Positions 35,489 to 45,277 of a stretch of 64,000 bases of DNA are shown here, one piece after another. The DNA lies in NCBI GenBank assembly GCA_007378985.1, contig VMHB01000002.1, positions 158,273 through 222,272 on the forward strand. Direction: 5' to 3'. Within the stretch, counting starts at the first letter, position 1, and the number at the start of each line of letters is the position of its first letter. Under the pieces are notes generated by a model. It was not told where the DNA came from. It searched no databases and was given only the letters and a program-made list of their open reading frames with translations. The translations under genes and the position numbers were made by a program. The stretch is from Parcubacteria group bacterium Greene0714_7. GTDB taxonomy: Bacteria > Patescibacteriota > Minisyncoccia > Phycocordibacterales > Phycocordibacteraceae.

Positions 35489-36316
35489 CTAAACAGCCAT
35501 TTTAGCTTTAATCGGAGGGTGTGACTGATAATTTTCTAATTCTATATCCTCCATCTTGAAATCGTTGATGTTTTTTACGACCGGATTTAATTTAAGTGTT
35601 GGGAGAGCGAGGGGTTCACGGGAGAGCTGTTCTTTCACTGCATCCAAGTGATCGTGATAGATGTGTGCGTCGCCGAGCGAGTGTACGAATTCGTGAGGGA
35701 CGAGATTTGTTACTTGTGCCACCATTGCGAGTAAGAGTGAATAGGAGGCGATGTTGAATGGCACACCAAGAAACATATCGCATGAGCGCTGATGCATGAG
35801 AAGCGAAAGTTTTCCGTTTGCAACAAAAAACTGGAAGAACATATGGCACGGTGGCAATGCCATTTGGTCGAGTTCGCCTGGGTTCCATGCAGACACAATA
35901 AGTCTGCGGTCAGTCGGGTTCGTTTTTATTTTCTCGATGACTTCTGCAAGTTGGTCGACGACCTTACCGTTTGGCCCTTGCCATTTTCTCCACTGCACTC
36001 CATAAACGCGACCTAGGTCGCCGGGAAATTTTGCTTTTGGTGCCCAGTAGGGAGCTTCAGCATTGTCGGTCCAAATAGTGCGCTCACTGCTATTTAATTC
36101 TTTCAAACGATTATCATCGTTGGAGCCTTCAATGAACCATAGAAGTTCGCTCTTCACTGCTTTGAATGCAAGTTTTTTAGTAGTGACTGCTGGAAATCCA
36201 TCCGCCATGTTGAAGCGCATCTGAAGACCGAAGAGTGCGCGCGTTTTGCCATTTCGAGTCTCACGGTCGGCACCTTCTTTTAAAACTTTTTTGAGGAGGT
36301 TATTGTATTGCTTCAT
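35489..36316 (-). CDS. thyA: thymidylate synthase
   Basis: MKQYNNLLKKVLKEGADRETRNGKTRALFG...; catalytic Cys region LPPCHMFFQFFV; ATG at 36316. Confidence 0.9.
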   Translation of the reverse strand: MKQYNNLLKKVLKEGADRETRNGKTRALFGLQMRFNMADGFPAVTTKKLAFKAVKSELLWFIEGSNDDNRLKELNSSERTIWTDNAEAPYWAPKAKFPGDLGRVYGVQWRKWQGPNGKVVDQLAEVIEKIKTNPTDRRLIVSAWNPGELDQMALPPCHMFFQFFVANGKLSLLMHQRSCDMFLGVPFNIASYSLLLAMVAQVTNLVPHEFVHSLGDAHIYHDHLDAVKEQLSREPLALPTLKLNPVVKNINDFKMEDIELENYQSHPPIKAKMAV

Positions 36317-36321
36317 ATGAG

Positions 36322-36347
36322 AGCGTATAGCGTATAGCGTATAGCGT
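36322..36347. repeat. tandem heptamer repeat (gcgtata)x3.5 in thyA-tmk divergent spacer
   Basis: gagcgtatagcgtatagcgtatagcgttt. Confidence 0.8.
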
Positions 36348-36358
36348 TTAGGGGAAAA

Positions 36359-37090
36359 ATGAAAGCTCGCGATATACTGGGGATAATGAAGAGTAAAAAG
36401 GGCAGACTTATAGTCATAGATGGTACCGATGGGGTAGGCAAGGCAACGCAAACAAAGCTCTTGGTTGCGCGGTTAAAGCGAGAAGGAATGAAGATAGAGA
36501 CTCTCGATTTCCCTCAGTACTACAAGAATTTCTTTGGCCACTTTATAGGCGCCATGCTCACAGGAGAGTACGGTGATTTTTTGCATATTGATCCATACAT
36601 TGCCTCAGTTATGTATGCAGCTGACCGCTTTGAGTCCAAAGAAAAATTGGAAAAGTGGCTCAAAGAAGGGAAAACCGTTGTTCTTGATCGTTATGTGTCG
36701 GCGAATCAGCTCCATCAGGGAGGAAAAATAAATGACGCGAAGAAGCGTCGCGCATTTTTAAAGTGGCTCGACACCATGGAGCATGGAGTATTTGGGCTCC
36801 CGCGACCTGATTTGATTGTGTACCTCCATCTCCCTATGAAAGAGGTATTGAAGCTTTTGAAGAATAAGGATCGAGAGGATAAAAAACGCTATGCCCACAG
36901 AGGAAAGGATATTGTAGAAGGGGATGCAGCGTATCTTGAGGCAGCGCAAAAAAGCGCCTTAAAACTTATTAGCCAAAAAGGAAATTGGAAGAAGATTGAG
37001 TGCGGAAACAAAAATGGTATTCTTCCGAGAGAAGAGATACATGAGCAAATTTATGACACTGTTTTAAAAGTTATTAAGGGTAAGAAATAA
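36359..37090 (+). CDS. tmk: thymidylate kinase
   Basis: IVIDGTDGVGKATQTKLL P-loop, DRY motif region. Confidence 0.85.
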   Translation: MKARDILGIMKSKKGRLIVIDGTDGVGKATQTKLLVARLKREGMKIETLDFPQYYKNFFGHFIGAMLTGEYGDFLHIDPYIASVMYAADRFESKEKLEKWLKEGKTVVLDRYVSANQLHQGGKINDAKKRRAFLKWLDTMEHGVFGLPRPDLIVYLHLPMKEVLKLLKNKDREDKKRYAHRGKDIVEGDAAYLEAAQKSALKLISQKGNWKKIECGNKNGILPREEIHEQIYDTVLKVIKGKK

Positions 37091-37094
37091 CACA

Positions 37095-38354
37095 ATGGCA
37101 TACATAGAAAAACAGGACGTAGAAGTAGCAGCAGCGATAGCGGGCGAACAAAAGCGAGAGGAAGAGGGCTTAGAGCTTATTCCTTCTGAAAATTATGTAT
37201 CCCGTGCGGTTCTTGAAGCGAATGGTTCAGTATTTACAAACAAATATTCAGAAGGATACCCAGGAAAGCGTTACTACGGAGGGCAGATGTATACGGATAT
37301 TGTGGAACGTCTCGCTATTGAACGCGTGAAGGCGCTTTTTAATTGTAAATTTGCGAACGTACAACCTCACTCGGGGGCACCTGCAAACTTAGCGGTGTAC
37401 GCTGCACTTTTGAATCCTGGCGATACCGTTCTTGGTATGGACCTGTCACACGGCGGACATCTTACGCATGGACACCCAATGACATTGCCTGCGAAAGTGT
37501 ACAAGTTTGTTACCTACAAAATGAAAGATCCTGAAACTGGGGAGATAGATTATGATGAGCTCCGCCGTGTTGCAATTGAAACGAAACCTAAAATTATTCT
37601 TGCAGGATTCAGTGCATATTCACGCACACTCGATTACAAAAAGTTTGTTGATATTGCGCATGAAGTGGGGGCAATAACGATGGCAGACATGGCACATATT
37701 GCCGGCCTTATTGCTGGCAAGGCACTTCGCAATCCCTTTGATGACGGCTTCGACATTATTACTTCAACGACACACAAAACACTCAGAGGGCCTCGTGGTG
37801 GCATTATTCTCACGCGTGAAAGCGAGGAAATCGCAACCAAAATAGATAAAGCAATTTTCCCAGGCATTCAAGGGGGGCCTCACATGCACACGATTGCCGC
37901 GAAGGCGGTTGCGTTTGGTGAGGCGGGAACAGTGGCATTTCAAGAGTATGCAGAGCAAATTTTGAAAAATGCTAAAGCAATGGAGCACGTGCTTAGGCGT
38001 GAAGGGGTGCGTATGATTGGAGGAGGTACAGACAATCATTTAATTCTTGCGGATGTATTTGGCTCTTTAGGAGTGACAGGAAAAGAATCACAGACGGTCT
38101 TGGATGAAGTTGGTATTACACTCAACATGAACTCAATTGCAGGGGATACGAGGAAGCCTCTCGACCCGTCTGGTATACGCTTTGGTTCTCCTGCAATAAC
38201 GACTCGTGGATTTAAAGAGGTGGAGTGCGCGCGCGTTGCTGAGCTCATGATTCAAACGCTGAAAAATAAAGATAGTGCGGATACAAAGCGTGCGGTGCAT
38301 GAAGAAGTAAAAGAGCTTGCGGGGCAGTTTCCTATTCCTGAGTCCTTTGTATAA
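37095..38354 (+). CDS. glyA: serine hydroxymethyltransferase
   Basis: LIPSENYVSRAVLEA, TTHKTLRGPRGG PLP-lysine region. Confidence 0.9.
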   Translation: MAYIEKQDVEVAAAIAGEQKREEEGLELIPSENYVSRAVLEANGSVFTNKYSEGYPGKRYYGGQMYTDIVERLAIERVKALFNCKFANVQPHSGAPANLAVYAALLNPGDTVLGMDLSHGGHLTHGHPMTLPAKVYKFVTYKMKDPETGEIDYDELRRVAIETKPKIILAGFSAYSRTLDYKKFVDIAHEVGAITMADMAHIAGLIAGKALRNPFDDGFDIITSTTHKTLRGPRGGIILTRESEEIATKIDKAIFPGIQGGPHMHTIAAKAVAFGEAGTVAFQEYAEQILKNAKAMEHVLRREGVRMIGGGTDNHLILADVFGSLGVTGKESQTVLDEVGITLNMNSIAGDTRKPLDPSGIRFGSPAITTRGFKEVECARVAELMIQTLKNKDSADTKRAVHEEVKELAGQFPIPESFV

Positions 38355-38357
38355 GCG

Positions 38358-38744
38358 TTGAGTACCATCGTGAAAATAAGAAGGGCGTCGCTCAAGGATT
38401 TTCTGGGCATCAAGAAACTCATCAAAGAATATCCCGATACACTTTTGCAAAAGCATTTGCCGAAAGCGAGCGAATTTTTTGTTGCCATAGAGGACGGGAA
38501 GATAGTTGGGTGTTGTGCGCTGGTGATTTATTCAAAGCGCCTCGGTGAAATTAGAAGTCTTGCGGTTTCCAAAGATTTTCAGCGGAAAGGAATTGCAACA
38601 GCATTGATTGATGCATGCATAGCATTTGCGAAGAAAAAAGATATTTATGAACTCCTGAGTGTTACTGGTGTGCCAGCACTCTTTGATAAGCATGGCTTCG
38701 GAACATTCAACAAAGAAAAGTATGCGCTTTTGAAAATCCTGTAG
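38358..38744 (+). CDS. GNAT-family N-acetyltransferase
   Basis: ...LGEIRSLAVSKDFQRKGIATAL... acetyl-CoA binding motif. Confidence 0.75.
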   Translation: MSTIVKIRRASLKDFLGIKKLIKEYPDTLLQKHLPKASEFFVAIEDGKIVGCCALVIYSKRLGEIRSLAVSKDFQRKGIATALIDACIAFAKKKDIYELLSVTGVPALFDKHGFGTFNKEKYALLKIL

Positions 38745-38764
38745 TTTTTCCTGACGCACACATA

Positions 38765-38810
38765 TACCCCTAATTCGTGCGAATTAGGGGTATATGTGCA
38801 CAGCATCAAG
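38765..38810. promoter_or_regulatory. 19-bp-arm perfect palindrome cacatatacccctaattcg-tgc-gaattaggggtatatgtg
   Basis: read directly; no trailing T-run, so operator or factor-independent structure rather than classical terminator. Confidence 0.5.
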
Positions 38811-38993
38811 CTCTATTGACTCAGACGAATTAGTTGTTACTATTTATCTATGAATATGTGTGCTGTATTAATCCAGGTGCGTCGCCGTAGACATTCTGTT
38901 TGAGATTGTCTGCGAGTTTTTGTACATAACGAAATTTCCCAAACAGTCTCAAACGAGGCTGTTTTTTCTTATTTACACATTCAATCTAAAACT

Positions 38994-39146
38994 ATGGAAC
39001 AACCAAAAAAAGAAAATCCTCCACTTGAAATCACCTTCTATGCTGTTGAAATAGCTAAGCTTATTAGGGAAATAGGTAAAGAAGGGGTGATTAAGAAGCT
39101 ACAGGAGATGGTCAAAGAAACTGTTGAGAAATTCGACGTGAGATAA
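38994..39146 (+). CDS. hypothetical 50-aa protein
   Basis: ATG..TAA ORF MEQPKKENPPLEITFYAVEIAKLIREIGKEGVIKKLQEMVKETVEKFDVR with SD-like aaaactATG context; weak. Confidence 0.2.
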   Translation: MEQPKKENPPLEITFYAVEIAKLIREIGKEGVIKKLQEMVKETVEKFDVR

Positions 39147-39184
39147 AACATCTCCAAACTTATTACGTACAAGAATAAAAAAAT

Positions 39185-39430
39185 ATGAAAGAAAAAAATC
39201 ATGAGCAACTCCCTGTCATTGTAGAGTGGCCACTTACCAAATTGAATTTCAGTATGCTTCTAGGAATGATTGGGTCCTCAGAAGAAAAATCAACTGGTGT
39301 TCGTGTTGAGCACTGTCCAGTATGCAGGGGATGCGGAAAATCGATATTGCCTGGCGAATCAAAAATAAATATAGCTGGGGTCGTAAGTCACGATAAACCC
39401 TCCTGTGTTCTTGGTTGGTTCCAGAGGTGA
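39185..39430 (+). CDS. small Cys-rich hypothetical protein
   Basis: HCPVCRGCGK motif; 81 aa. Confidence 0.25.
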   Translation: MKEKNHEQLPVIVEWPLTKLNFSMLLGMIGSSEEKSTGVRVEHCPVCRGCGKSILPGESKINIAGVVSHDKPSCVLGWFQR

Positions 39431-39479
39431 GAGTGCAGTCTTTTTGTGGCATGCTTTAGCGAGGTATGATGGCGAAAGT

Positions 39480-41180
39480 ATGATTTCTGAGCGAATTATT
39501 GAAGCAATACAGGGAGCACTCGCGACCCTCGGTCTTGAAGGTGCGGTTGTGTTGGAGCACCCAGGGGATTTGTCTCACGGGGATTATTCAACGAACATTG
39601 CACTCGCTGTTGCAAAAAAAGCTGGGAAGAATCCGCGCGCGCTTGCGGATGAGATTGTGAAAAGCCTCGGGGTAATAGAGGGAGTTAAGAAGATAGAGAC
39701 GGCAGGAGCTGGATTCATTAACTTTCATCTCACACGCCCGTTCTTTTCTGAAAGTGTCTCAGTAATTACTGAGAGCGGGGAGTCGTGGGGTAGTAATGCA
39801 ACCCTGAAAGGAAAGAAGATAATTGTTGAGTACTCACAGCCAAATCCTTTTAAGCCATTCCACATTGGGCACCTGATGTCGACTACTGTTGGCGAAGCTA
39901 TTTCCCGTCTTGTTGAGTGGTCGGGCGCTGATATATATCGCGCTAACTATCAGGGAGACATTGGGCCTCATGTGGCAAAAGGAATTTGGGGATTGCAGAA
40001 AAATAACCTTGATCCTTCAAGTATTCAAGACCTCGGTGATGCGTATGTTATTGGAAATACCGCCTATGAAGACGATCCTGCCTCGAAAGCCGAGATTGAT
40101 TCAATTAATAAAAGACTCTACGAAGGTGATGTATCACTTCAGGATGTATATGACAAAGGTCGCAAAGCATCACTCGCACACTTTGAGGACTTATATCTGG
40201 TTCTTGGAACAAAATTCGACAAGTATTTTTTTGAAAGCGATGCGTGGCGTATCGGTCTTAAGATTGTAGAAGAAGGGAAGGTTCGTGGAATCTTTGAAGA
40301 GAGTGATGGGGCAATAGTGTTTAAGGGAGAAAAAGTAGGACTTCACACTCGTGTATTTGTCACTTCGAAAGGAACACCAACCTATGAAGCAAAAGAGCTG
40401 GGATTGGCTCAGATGAAACAACAGTCGTTCCCATTTGATCTTAATGTGACGACAATCGCAGTGGAGCAGGATGGTTATTTCAAAGTGGTGGAAGCTGCTA
40501 TGACAGAATTGTGGCCTGATATGGCAGGGAAGTACACGCACACGGCGTTTGGCATGATGCAGTTAACGAGCGGAAAGATGTCATCAAGAAAGGGCAACAT
40601 CATAACGGGCGAATCATTAATAGAAGACATGCGCGCCAAGGCGTTAGCAAAAATGGAGGGGCGTGCGTTTGAGTCTGAAGAAATAAAACGCGATGTCGCG
40701 GATGCCGTTGCTGTTTCTGCGATTAAATATTCCATTTTGAAGCAGTCGACAGGAAAAAATATTATTTTCGACCCTGAGGCGTCGCTTTCATTTGAAGGTG
40801 ATTCAGGTCCGTATTTACAGTACTCCTATGTGCGAGCGCAAGCAGTTCTTCGAAAAGCGAGGGCAGAAAAAATACCCGCGCTTGCAAGTGATTTGATATA
40901 TCAAATCAGTGAACTCATTCCTGAGGTTAGCGAGTTGGAGCGAGTACTCTACCGGTTTCCTGAAATAGTAGAGCGAGCACAAATGGAGCGTGAACCGCAT
41001 CACATAACTACATTTTTGACAGAGCTCGCTTCCGCATTCAATAGTTGGTATGCAACAGGGAAAATTGTTGATTCTACAGATACTCTGTCTCCTTACAAGG
41101 TCGCATTAACGCAGGCATTTGCGTTGACGATGAAAAATGGTCTCACTATTCTAGGTATCCGTGCCCCTGAGGCGATGTAG
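39480..41180 (+). CDS. argS: arginyl-tRNA synthetase
   Basis: PNPFKPFHIGHLMS (HIGH), ...TSGKMSSRKGN (KMSK-like), DALR anticodon-binding C-terminus; ATG at 39480. Confidence 0.9.
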   Translation: MISERIIEAIQGALATLGLEGAVVLEHPGDLSHGDYSTNIALAVAKKAGKNPRALADEIVKSLGVIEGVKKIETAGAGFINFHLTRPFFSESVSVITESGESWGSNATLKGKKIIVEYSQPNPFKPFHIGHLMSTTVGEAISRLVEWSGADIYRANYQGDIGPHVAKGIWGLQKNNLDPSSIQDLGDAYVIGNTAYEDDPASKAEIDSINKRLYEGDVSLQDVYDKGRKASLAHFEDLYLVLGTKFDKYFFESDAWRIGLKIVEEGKVRGIFEESDGAIVFKGEKVGLHTRVFVTSKGTPTYEAKELGLAQMKQQSFPFDLNVTTIAVEQDGYFKVVEAAMTELWPDMAGKYTHTAFGMMQLTSGKMSSRKGNIITGESLIEDMRAKALAKMEGRAFESEEIKRDVADAVAVSAIKYSILKQSTGKNIIFDPEASLSFEGDSGPYLQYSYVRAQAVLRKARAEKIPALASDLIYQISELIPEVSELERVLYRFPEIVERAQMEREPHHITTFLTELASAFNSWYATGKIVDSTDTLSPYKVALTQAFALTMKNGLTILGIRAPEAM

Positions 41181-41469
41181 TGAAACTTTTTTATAATCTC
41201 AGTAGTATGTATTGGTATGACATATAACGAAGGGCTAAGAGAAGATGGACTGGGAAGGCGTGGTTATCCAGATATAAGAATAAATGTTAGTCGTTCTTCT
41301 GAAGATATTAAAAAAAGTTTGGCGGAAAAAATAGCTGACGCAAAAGCTCGACTAAAAGAGTGGGGTATAGAGATTCCATTTTCGGCTTGACAGCGTTCGT
41401 TTTTAGAATATTCTTAAACATATGGCACGAGGCACGACCATCATTAAGATTACAAAGCGCTTTTCCAAG

Positions 41470-41548
41470 CGAAGGGGTTTTGTAGTGAACGCATAAGAAT
41501 AAATTACAAAAACATACAAAACCCCTTCGAAAGAAGGGGTTTTCTTTT
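41470..41548 (+). promoter_or_regulatory. candidate transcription attenuator (mutually exclusive hairpins) upstream of small zinc-ribbon ORF and ileS
   Basis: cgaaggggttttg (41470..41482) pairs with caaaaccccttcg (41517..41529), which overlaps the terminator hairpin aaaccccttcgaaagaaggggttttctttt (41518..41548). Confidence 0.4.
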
Positions 41549-41560
41549 AACTACAAATAT

Positions 41561-41746
41561 ATGTCCGAACAATTTGACTTTAGAACTTTTTTCCGCGATA
41601 CAGATCCATGTAGCCAGTGTAAAGGTAAGGGTAGGATTGTAGGGGGTAGTGGGATTGTGGGAGACAGTGGACGCATTCTTGAAAAGGTTTTCAGTGAAAT
41701 CCGATGTGGTAGGTGTAATGGAACGGGTAGGGTGCCACGAGATTGA
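41561..41746 (+). CDS. small zinc-ribbon protein (two CxxC pairs)
   Basis: CSQCKGKGR...CGRCNGTGR; 61 aa; immediately upstream of ileS. Confidence 0.4.
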   Translation: MSEQFDFRTFFRDTDPCSQCKGKGRIVGGSGIVGDSGRILEKVFSEIRCGRCNGTGRVPRD

Positions 41747-41788
41747 GTGTTGTTCTGTTGAATCAGTGTTGGACGATAATGTTAGTAT

Positions 41789-44700
41789 GTGATGAAGTTT
41801 ATGGATGGAGATACTAAAAGCGAACCCGCCAAGCGTGAGGAAGAAATTCTAGCTTTCTGGCAAAGGAACGAGATTTTTGAAAAAACCCTTTCCAAAGAGG
41901 CTCCAAAAGGGGAGTTTGTTTTTTATGATGGACCACCATTCGCTACTGGCTTGCCACATTACGGCCACATCCTCGCAGGCACCATTAAGGATGCTATTCC
42001 TCGTTACAAAACGATGCAAGGTTACCATGTGCCACGCCGTTGGGGTTGGGACTGCCACGGATTACCCTTAGAAAATCAAATAGAGAAAGAACTTGGTCTT
42101 GCAACGAAACGAGATATTGAAACTCTAGGGGTTGCAACATTTAATGAAGCCGCCCGCAAAGCCGTGCTTCGGTATTCGGATGACTGGAAGTCCATTATTC
42201 CTCGCTTCGGTAGATGGGTGGATATGGAGAATGACTATCGAACAATGGATGCAACGTACACGGAATCCGTGTGGTGGGCATTCAAGGATCTTCATAAGAA
42301 AGGTTTGGTGTATGAAGGATTTAAAGCAATGCACCTTTGTCCTCGCTGTGGCACCACGCTCTCTAACTTTGAAGTAGCGCAAGGGTACAAAGACATCACT
42401 GATATTTCTGTCACCGTAAAACTTGAGCTTGTTGATGAACCTGGAACATTTCTACTTGCATGGACAACTACGCCATGGACTTTGCCTGGAAACATGGCGG
42501 CTGCGGTGAACGCTGAATTTACGTATGTAAAGATTTCAGCGGGGAATGAAAAATATATTCTCGCTAAAGACAGGTTGGAAGTAATTAAAGTTGACTACAA
42601 AATAGAGAAAGAATTTCTTGGTAGTGAACTTGTTGGTAAATCATACAAGCCTCCGTTCTCGTATTTCGCTGATCACAATATCAAAGGAAAAGAAAAAGCG
42701 TGGAAGGTGTATCACGCTCCATATGTGACGATGGATAGTGGAACAGGCTTAGTACATCTTGCCCCTGCATTTGGTGCCGAAGATTTGGAGCTCGCGCAAA
42801 AAGAGGGAATCCCGATAGTGCACCACGTCGACAAGGACGGTTTTTTTGTTGATGCTGTTTCAGATTTTAAAGGACTTCAGGCAAAGCCAAAAGACGACCC
42901 ACAATCAACTGATGTTGCAGTTATTAAATATCTTGCAGGGAAGGGCTTGTTGTTTGCAAAAGAAAAAATTATACACTCGTATCCGCATTGTTGGCGATGT
43001 GATACGCCGCTTTTAAATTACGCATCATCATCGTGGTTTGTAGAGGTGACAAAATTCAAAGACAAAATCGTAGCTGAAAATAAAAAAATAAACTGGGTAC
43101 CAAAAGAAGTGGGGGATAAGAGGTTTGGAAACTGGCTTTTAAACGCTAGAGATTGGGCAATTTCACGTGCTCGGTACTGGGGTGCACCAATTCCTGTATG
43201 GCGCAATCACAAAACGAAAGAGAATGTATTCATTGGCTCGCTAGATGAGCTGAAATCGTACACGAAAAAATCTGGTAACAAGTATTTCACCATGCGTCAT
43301 GGGGAGAGTACAAAGAATGTCGCTGGTATAATTCGATCTCGTTTGGAAGATGACGATATACATCTTACTGAGAAAGGTAGAGCAGAGGCACTGGCTTCTG
43401 CAAATGCCTTTAAACATTCAGAAATAAATCGCATCGTAGTTTCTCCTTTTATTCGCGCCAAGGAAACAGCTGAAATTGCTCGGGAGGTTTTTGGTCTTCC
43501 GAAGAGTTCAGTTTCATATGATGAGCGACTTATTGAGTATAGGCACGGTACTTTTGATAGGAAGCCAGAAAGATCATTCTGGGATCATTATGTGACTTCT
43601 GCTAATGCATATGAGGTAGGCCCCGAGAGTGGTGAAAGTGCGCGGGAGATGGGGGCACGTATGGCTGAAGTATTGTATGAGCTTGAACAAAAATATAAAG
43701 GAGAGAACATTCTTATCGTCTCCCACGAATGGCCGCTACTTGCCCTCACTGCTCTTGCTCACGGATATTCTAAAGAAAGAACAGTCCGTATCCTCAATAA
43801 AATAGAAGACCATATTCAGCCAGGAGAAATTCGTGAACTTCCATTTGTCCCACTTCCGCACAACGAAAACTTTGAGCTTGATTACCATCGCCCATATATC
43901 GATGAGGTAGTGCTTATAGACACCGATGGCACGAGGCTTGAGCGTGTACACGATGTTTTTGATTGCTGGTTTGAATCGGGCTCAATGTCGTATGCTCAGA
44001 ATCATTATCCATTTGAAAACAAAAATAAGTTTGATCCGAAGCCGGGGTGGCTCAAGAAGTCCCGTGGCTACCCAGCGGATTTTATTGCTGAAGGATTAGA
44101 TCAAACAAGAGGTTGGTTTTATTCGCTCCTTGTCTTGGGGGTGGGGCTTTTCGGCAAAGCAACCTATAAGAATGTAATTGTGAACGGAATTGTTTTGGCA
44201 GAAGACGGGCAAAAGATGTCGAAGCGTTTGAAAAATTATCCTGACCCACTCACTGTGCTCGAAAAATACGGCGCAGATGCTATCCGCTATTACCTCCTTG
44301 CGTCACCTTTAATGAAGGCAGAAGATTTAAATTTTTCAGAGAAGGGAGTGGGAGAAGTCGCGTCGAAACTCATCGGACGATTTTTGAATGTCGTCTCTTT
44401 CTATGAGCTCTATAAAGACTTGGAGCACGGAGTGTCTCCAAGTTCTCACCCTCTCGATAGATGGATTTTTTCACGATTGAATCAAGTTATTGGAGAAGTT
44501 GAGAAGGGAATGGAATCCTATGAGCTCGATAAGGCAACGCGCCCACTTACTCTTTTTGTGGACGATTTGTCGACATGGTATCTCAGGCGTTCTCGCGATC
44601 GCTTTAAAGAGGAAGGGGCTGACGCAAGAGACGCACTTCAAACACTTCGTAGCGTTATAGAAATTTTTGCAAAAATATCAGCACCTTTCATGCCGTTTGT

Positions 44701-45277
44701 CGCCGAAAGCGCCTACCAGAGAGTGAAAACTAAAGACATGCCAGAGAGCGTGCATTTGTGTGAGTGGCCACGCACGGGTTCTACTGACGCACCACTTCAA
44801 GAAGCAATGGTGGAAGTCAGGCGCATTGCATCGCGAGGGCTCGAAGCGAGGCAGAAGGTGGATATAAAAGTGAGACAACCACTTGCAAAAATAACAGTGA
44901 ATAGTGAACTGTTAGCAGGAAGAGTAGAGCTTCTGCAATTAATAAAAGATGAGCTCAATGTGAAGGAGGTTGTCATCGACGGAGTGCTATCGAAAGATGA
45001 AGCGATACTTGATACTGATATTTCAGATGAGTTGAAAGAGGAAGGTAATGTGCGCGAAGTAATTCGCTTTATTCAAGAGCTTCGCAAAGAGGCAGGACTT
45101 ACACCAAAAGAGACGGCAACATTGGTGTTTGTTCAGAGTGATGACATAGAGAAGTTTTTAGAAAAGCATTGGCATACTCTCAGTACTGCCACCAGACTCT
45201 CATCAAGAGAATTAGGTAATGGTACAAATGAATTGGTGTTTGATGGAATGACATTTAGGTTCAATGTCCGTTCGTGA
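41789..45277 (+). CDS. ileS: isoleucyl-tRNA synthetase (type 2, eukaryote-like) with embedded histidine phosphatase (PGAM-family) domain
   Basis: PPFATGLPHYGHIL (HIGH), TTPWTLPGN editing motif, KMSKRLKN; between ...GAPIPVW...LKSYTKKSG and ...VHDVFDCWFESGSM lies ~200 aa with RHGESTKN and ...ILIVSHEWPL... phosphoglycerate-mutase-type catalytic motifs (approx nt 43278..43876). Confidence 0.85.
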   Translation: MMKFMDGDTKSEPAKREEEILAFWQRNEIFEKTLSKEAPKGEFVFYDGPPFATGLPHYGHILAGTIKDAIPRYKTMQGYHVPRRWGWDCHGLPLENQIEKELGLATKRDIETLGVATFNEAARKAVLRYSDDWKSIIPRFGRWVDMENDYRTMDATYTESVWWAFKDLHKKGLVYEGFKAMHLCPRCGTTLSNFEVAQGYKDITDISVTVKLELVDEPGTFLLAWTTTPWTLPGNMAAAVNAEFTYVKISAGNEKYILAKDRLEVIKVDYKIEKEFLGSELVGKSYKPPFSYFADHNIKGKEKAWKVYHAPYVTMDSGTGLVHLAPAFGAEDLELAQKEGIPIVHHVDKDGFFVDAVSDFKGLQAKPKDDPQSTDVAVIKYLAGKGLLFAKEKIIHSYPHCWRCDTPLLNYASSSWFVEVTKFKDKIVAENKKINWVPKEVGDKRFGNWLLNARDWAISRARYWGAPIPVWRNHKTKENVFIGSLDELKSYTKKSGNKYFTMRHGESTKNVAGIIRSRLEDDDIHLTEKGRAEALASANAFKHSEINRIVVSPFIRAKETAEIAREVFGLPKSSVSYDERLIEYRHGTFDRKPERSFWDHYVTSANAYEVGPESGESAREMGARMAEVLYELEQKYKGENILIVSHEWPLLALTALAHGYSKERTVRILNKIEDHIQPGEIRELPFVPLPHNENFELDYHRPYIDEVVLIDTDGTRLERVHDVFDCWFESGSMSYAQNHYPFENKNKFDPKPGWLKKSRGYPADFIAEGLDQTRGWFYSLLVLGVGLFGKATYKNVIVNGIVLAEDGQKMSKRLKNYPDPLTVLEKYGADAIRYYLLASPLMKAEDLNFSEKGVGEVASKLIGRFLNVVSFYELYKDLEHGVSPSSHPLDRWIFSRLNQVIGEVEKGMESYELDKATRPLTLFVDDLSTWYLRRSRDRFKEEGADARDALQTLRSVIEIFAKISAPFMPFVAESAYQRVKTKDMPESVHLCEWPRTGSTDAPLQEAMVEVRRIASRGLEARQKVDIKVRQPLAKITVNSELLAGRVELLQLIKDELNVKEVVIDGVLSKDEAILDTDISDELKEEGNVREVIRFIQELRKEAGLTPKETATLVFVQSDDIEKFLEKHWHTLSTATRLSSRELGNGTNELVFDGMTFRFNVRS

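Noticed and set aside
43278-43876. Intein inside ileS
   Set aside because: The insert lacks an N-terminal Cys/Ser nucleophile, a C-terminal His-Asn, and any homing-endonuclease blocks. It instead carries RHGE and second catalytic His motifs of histidine phosphatases.
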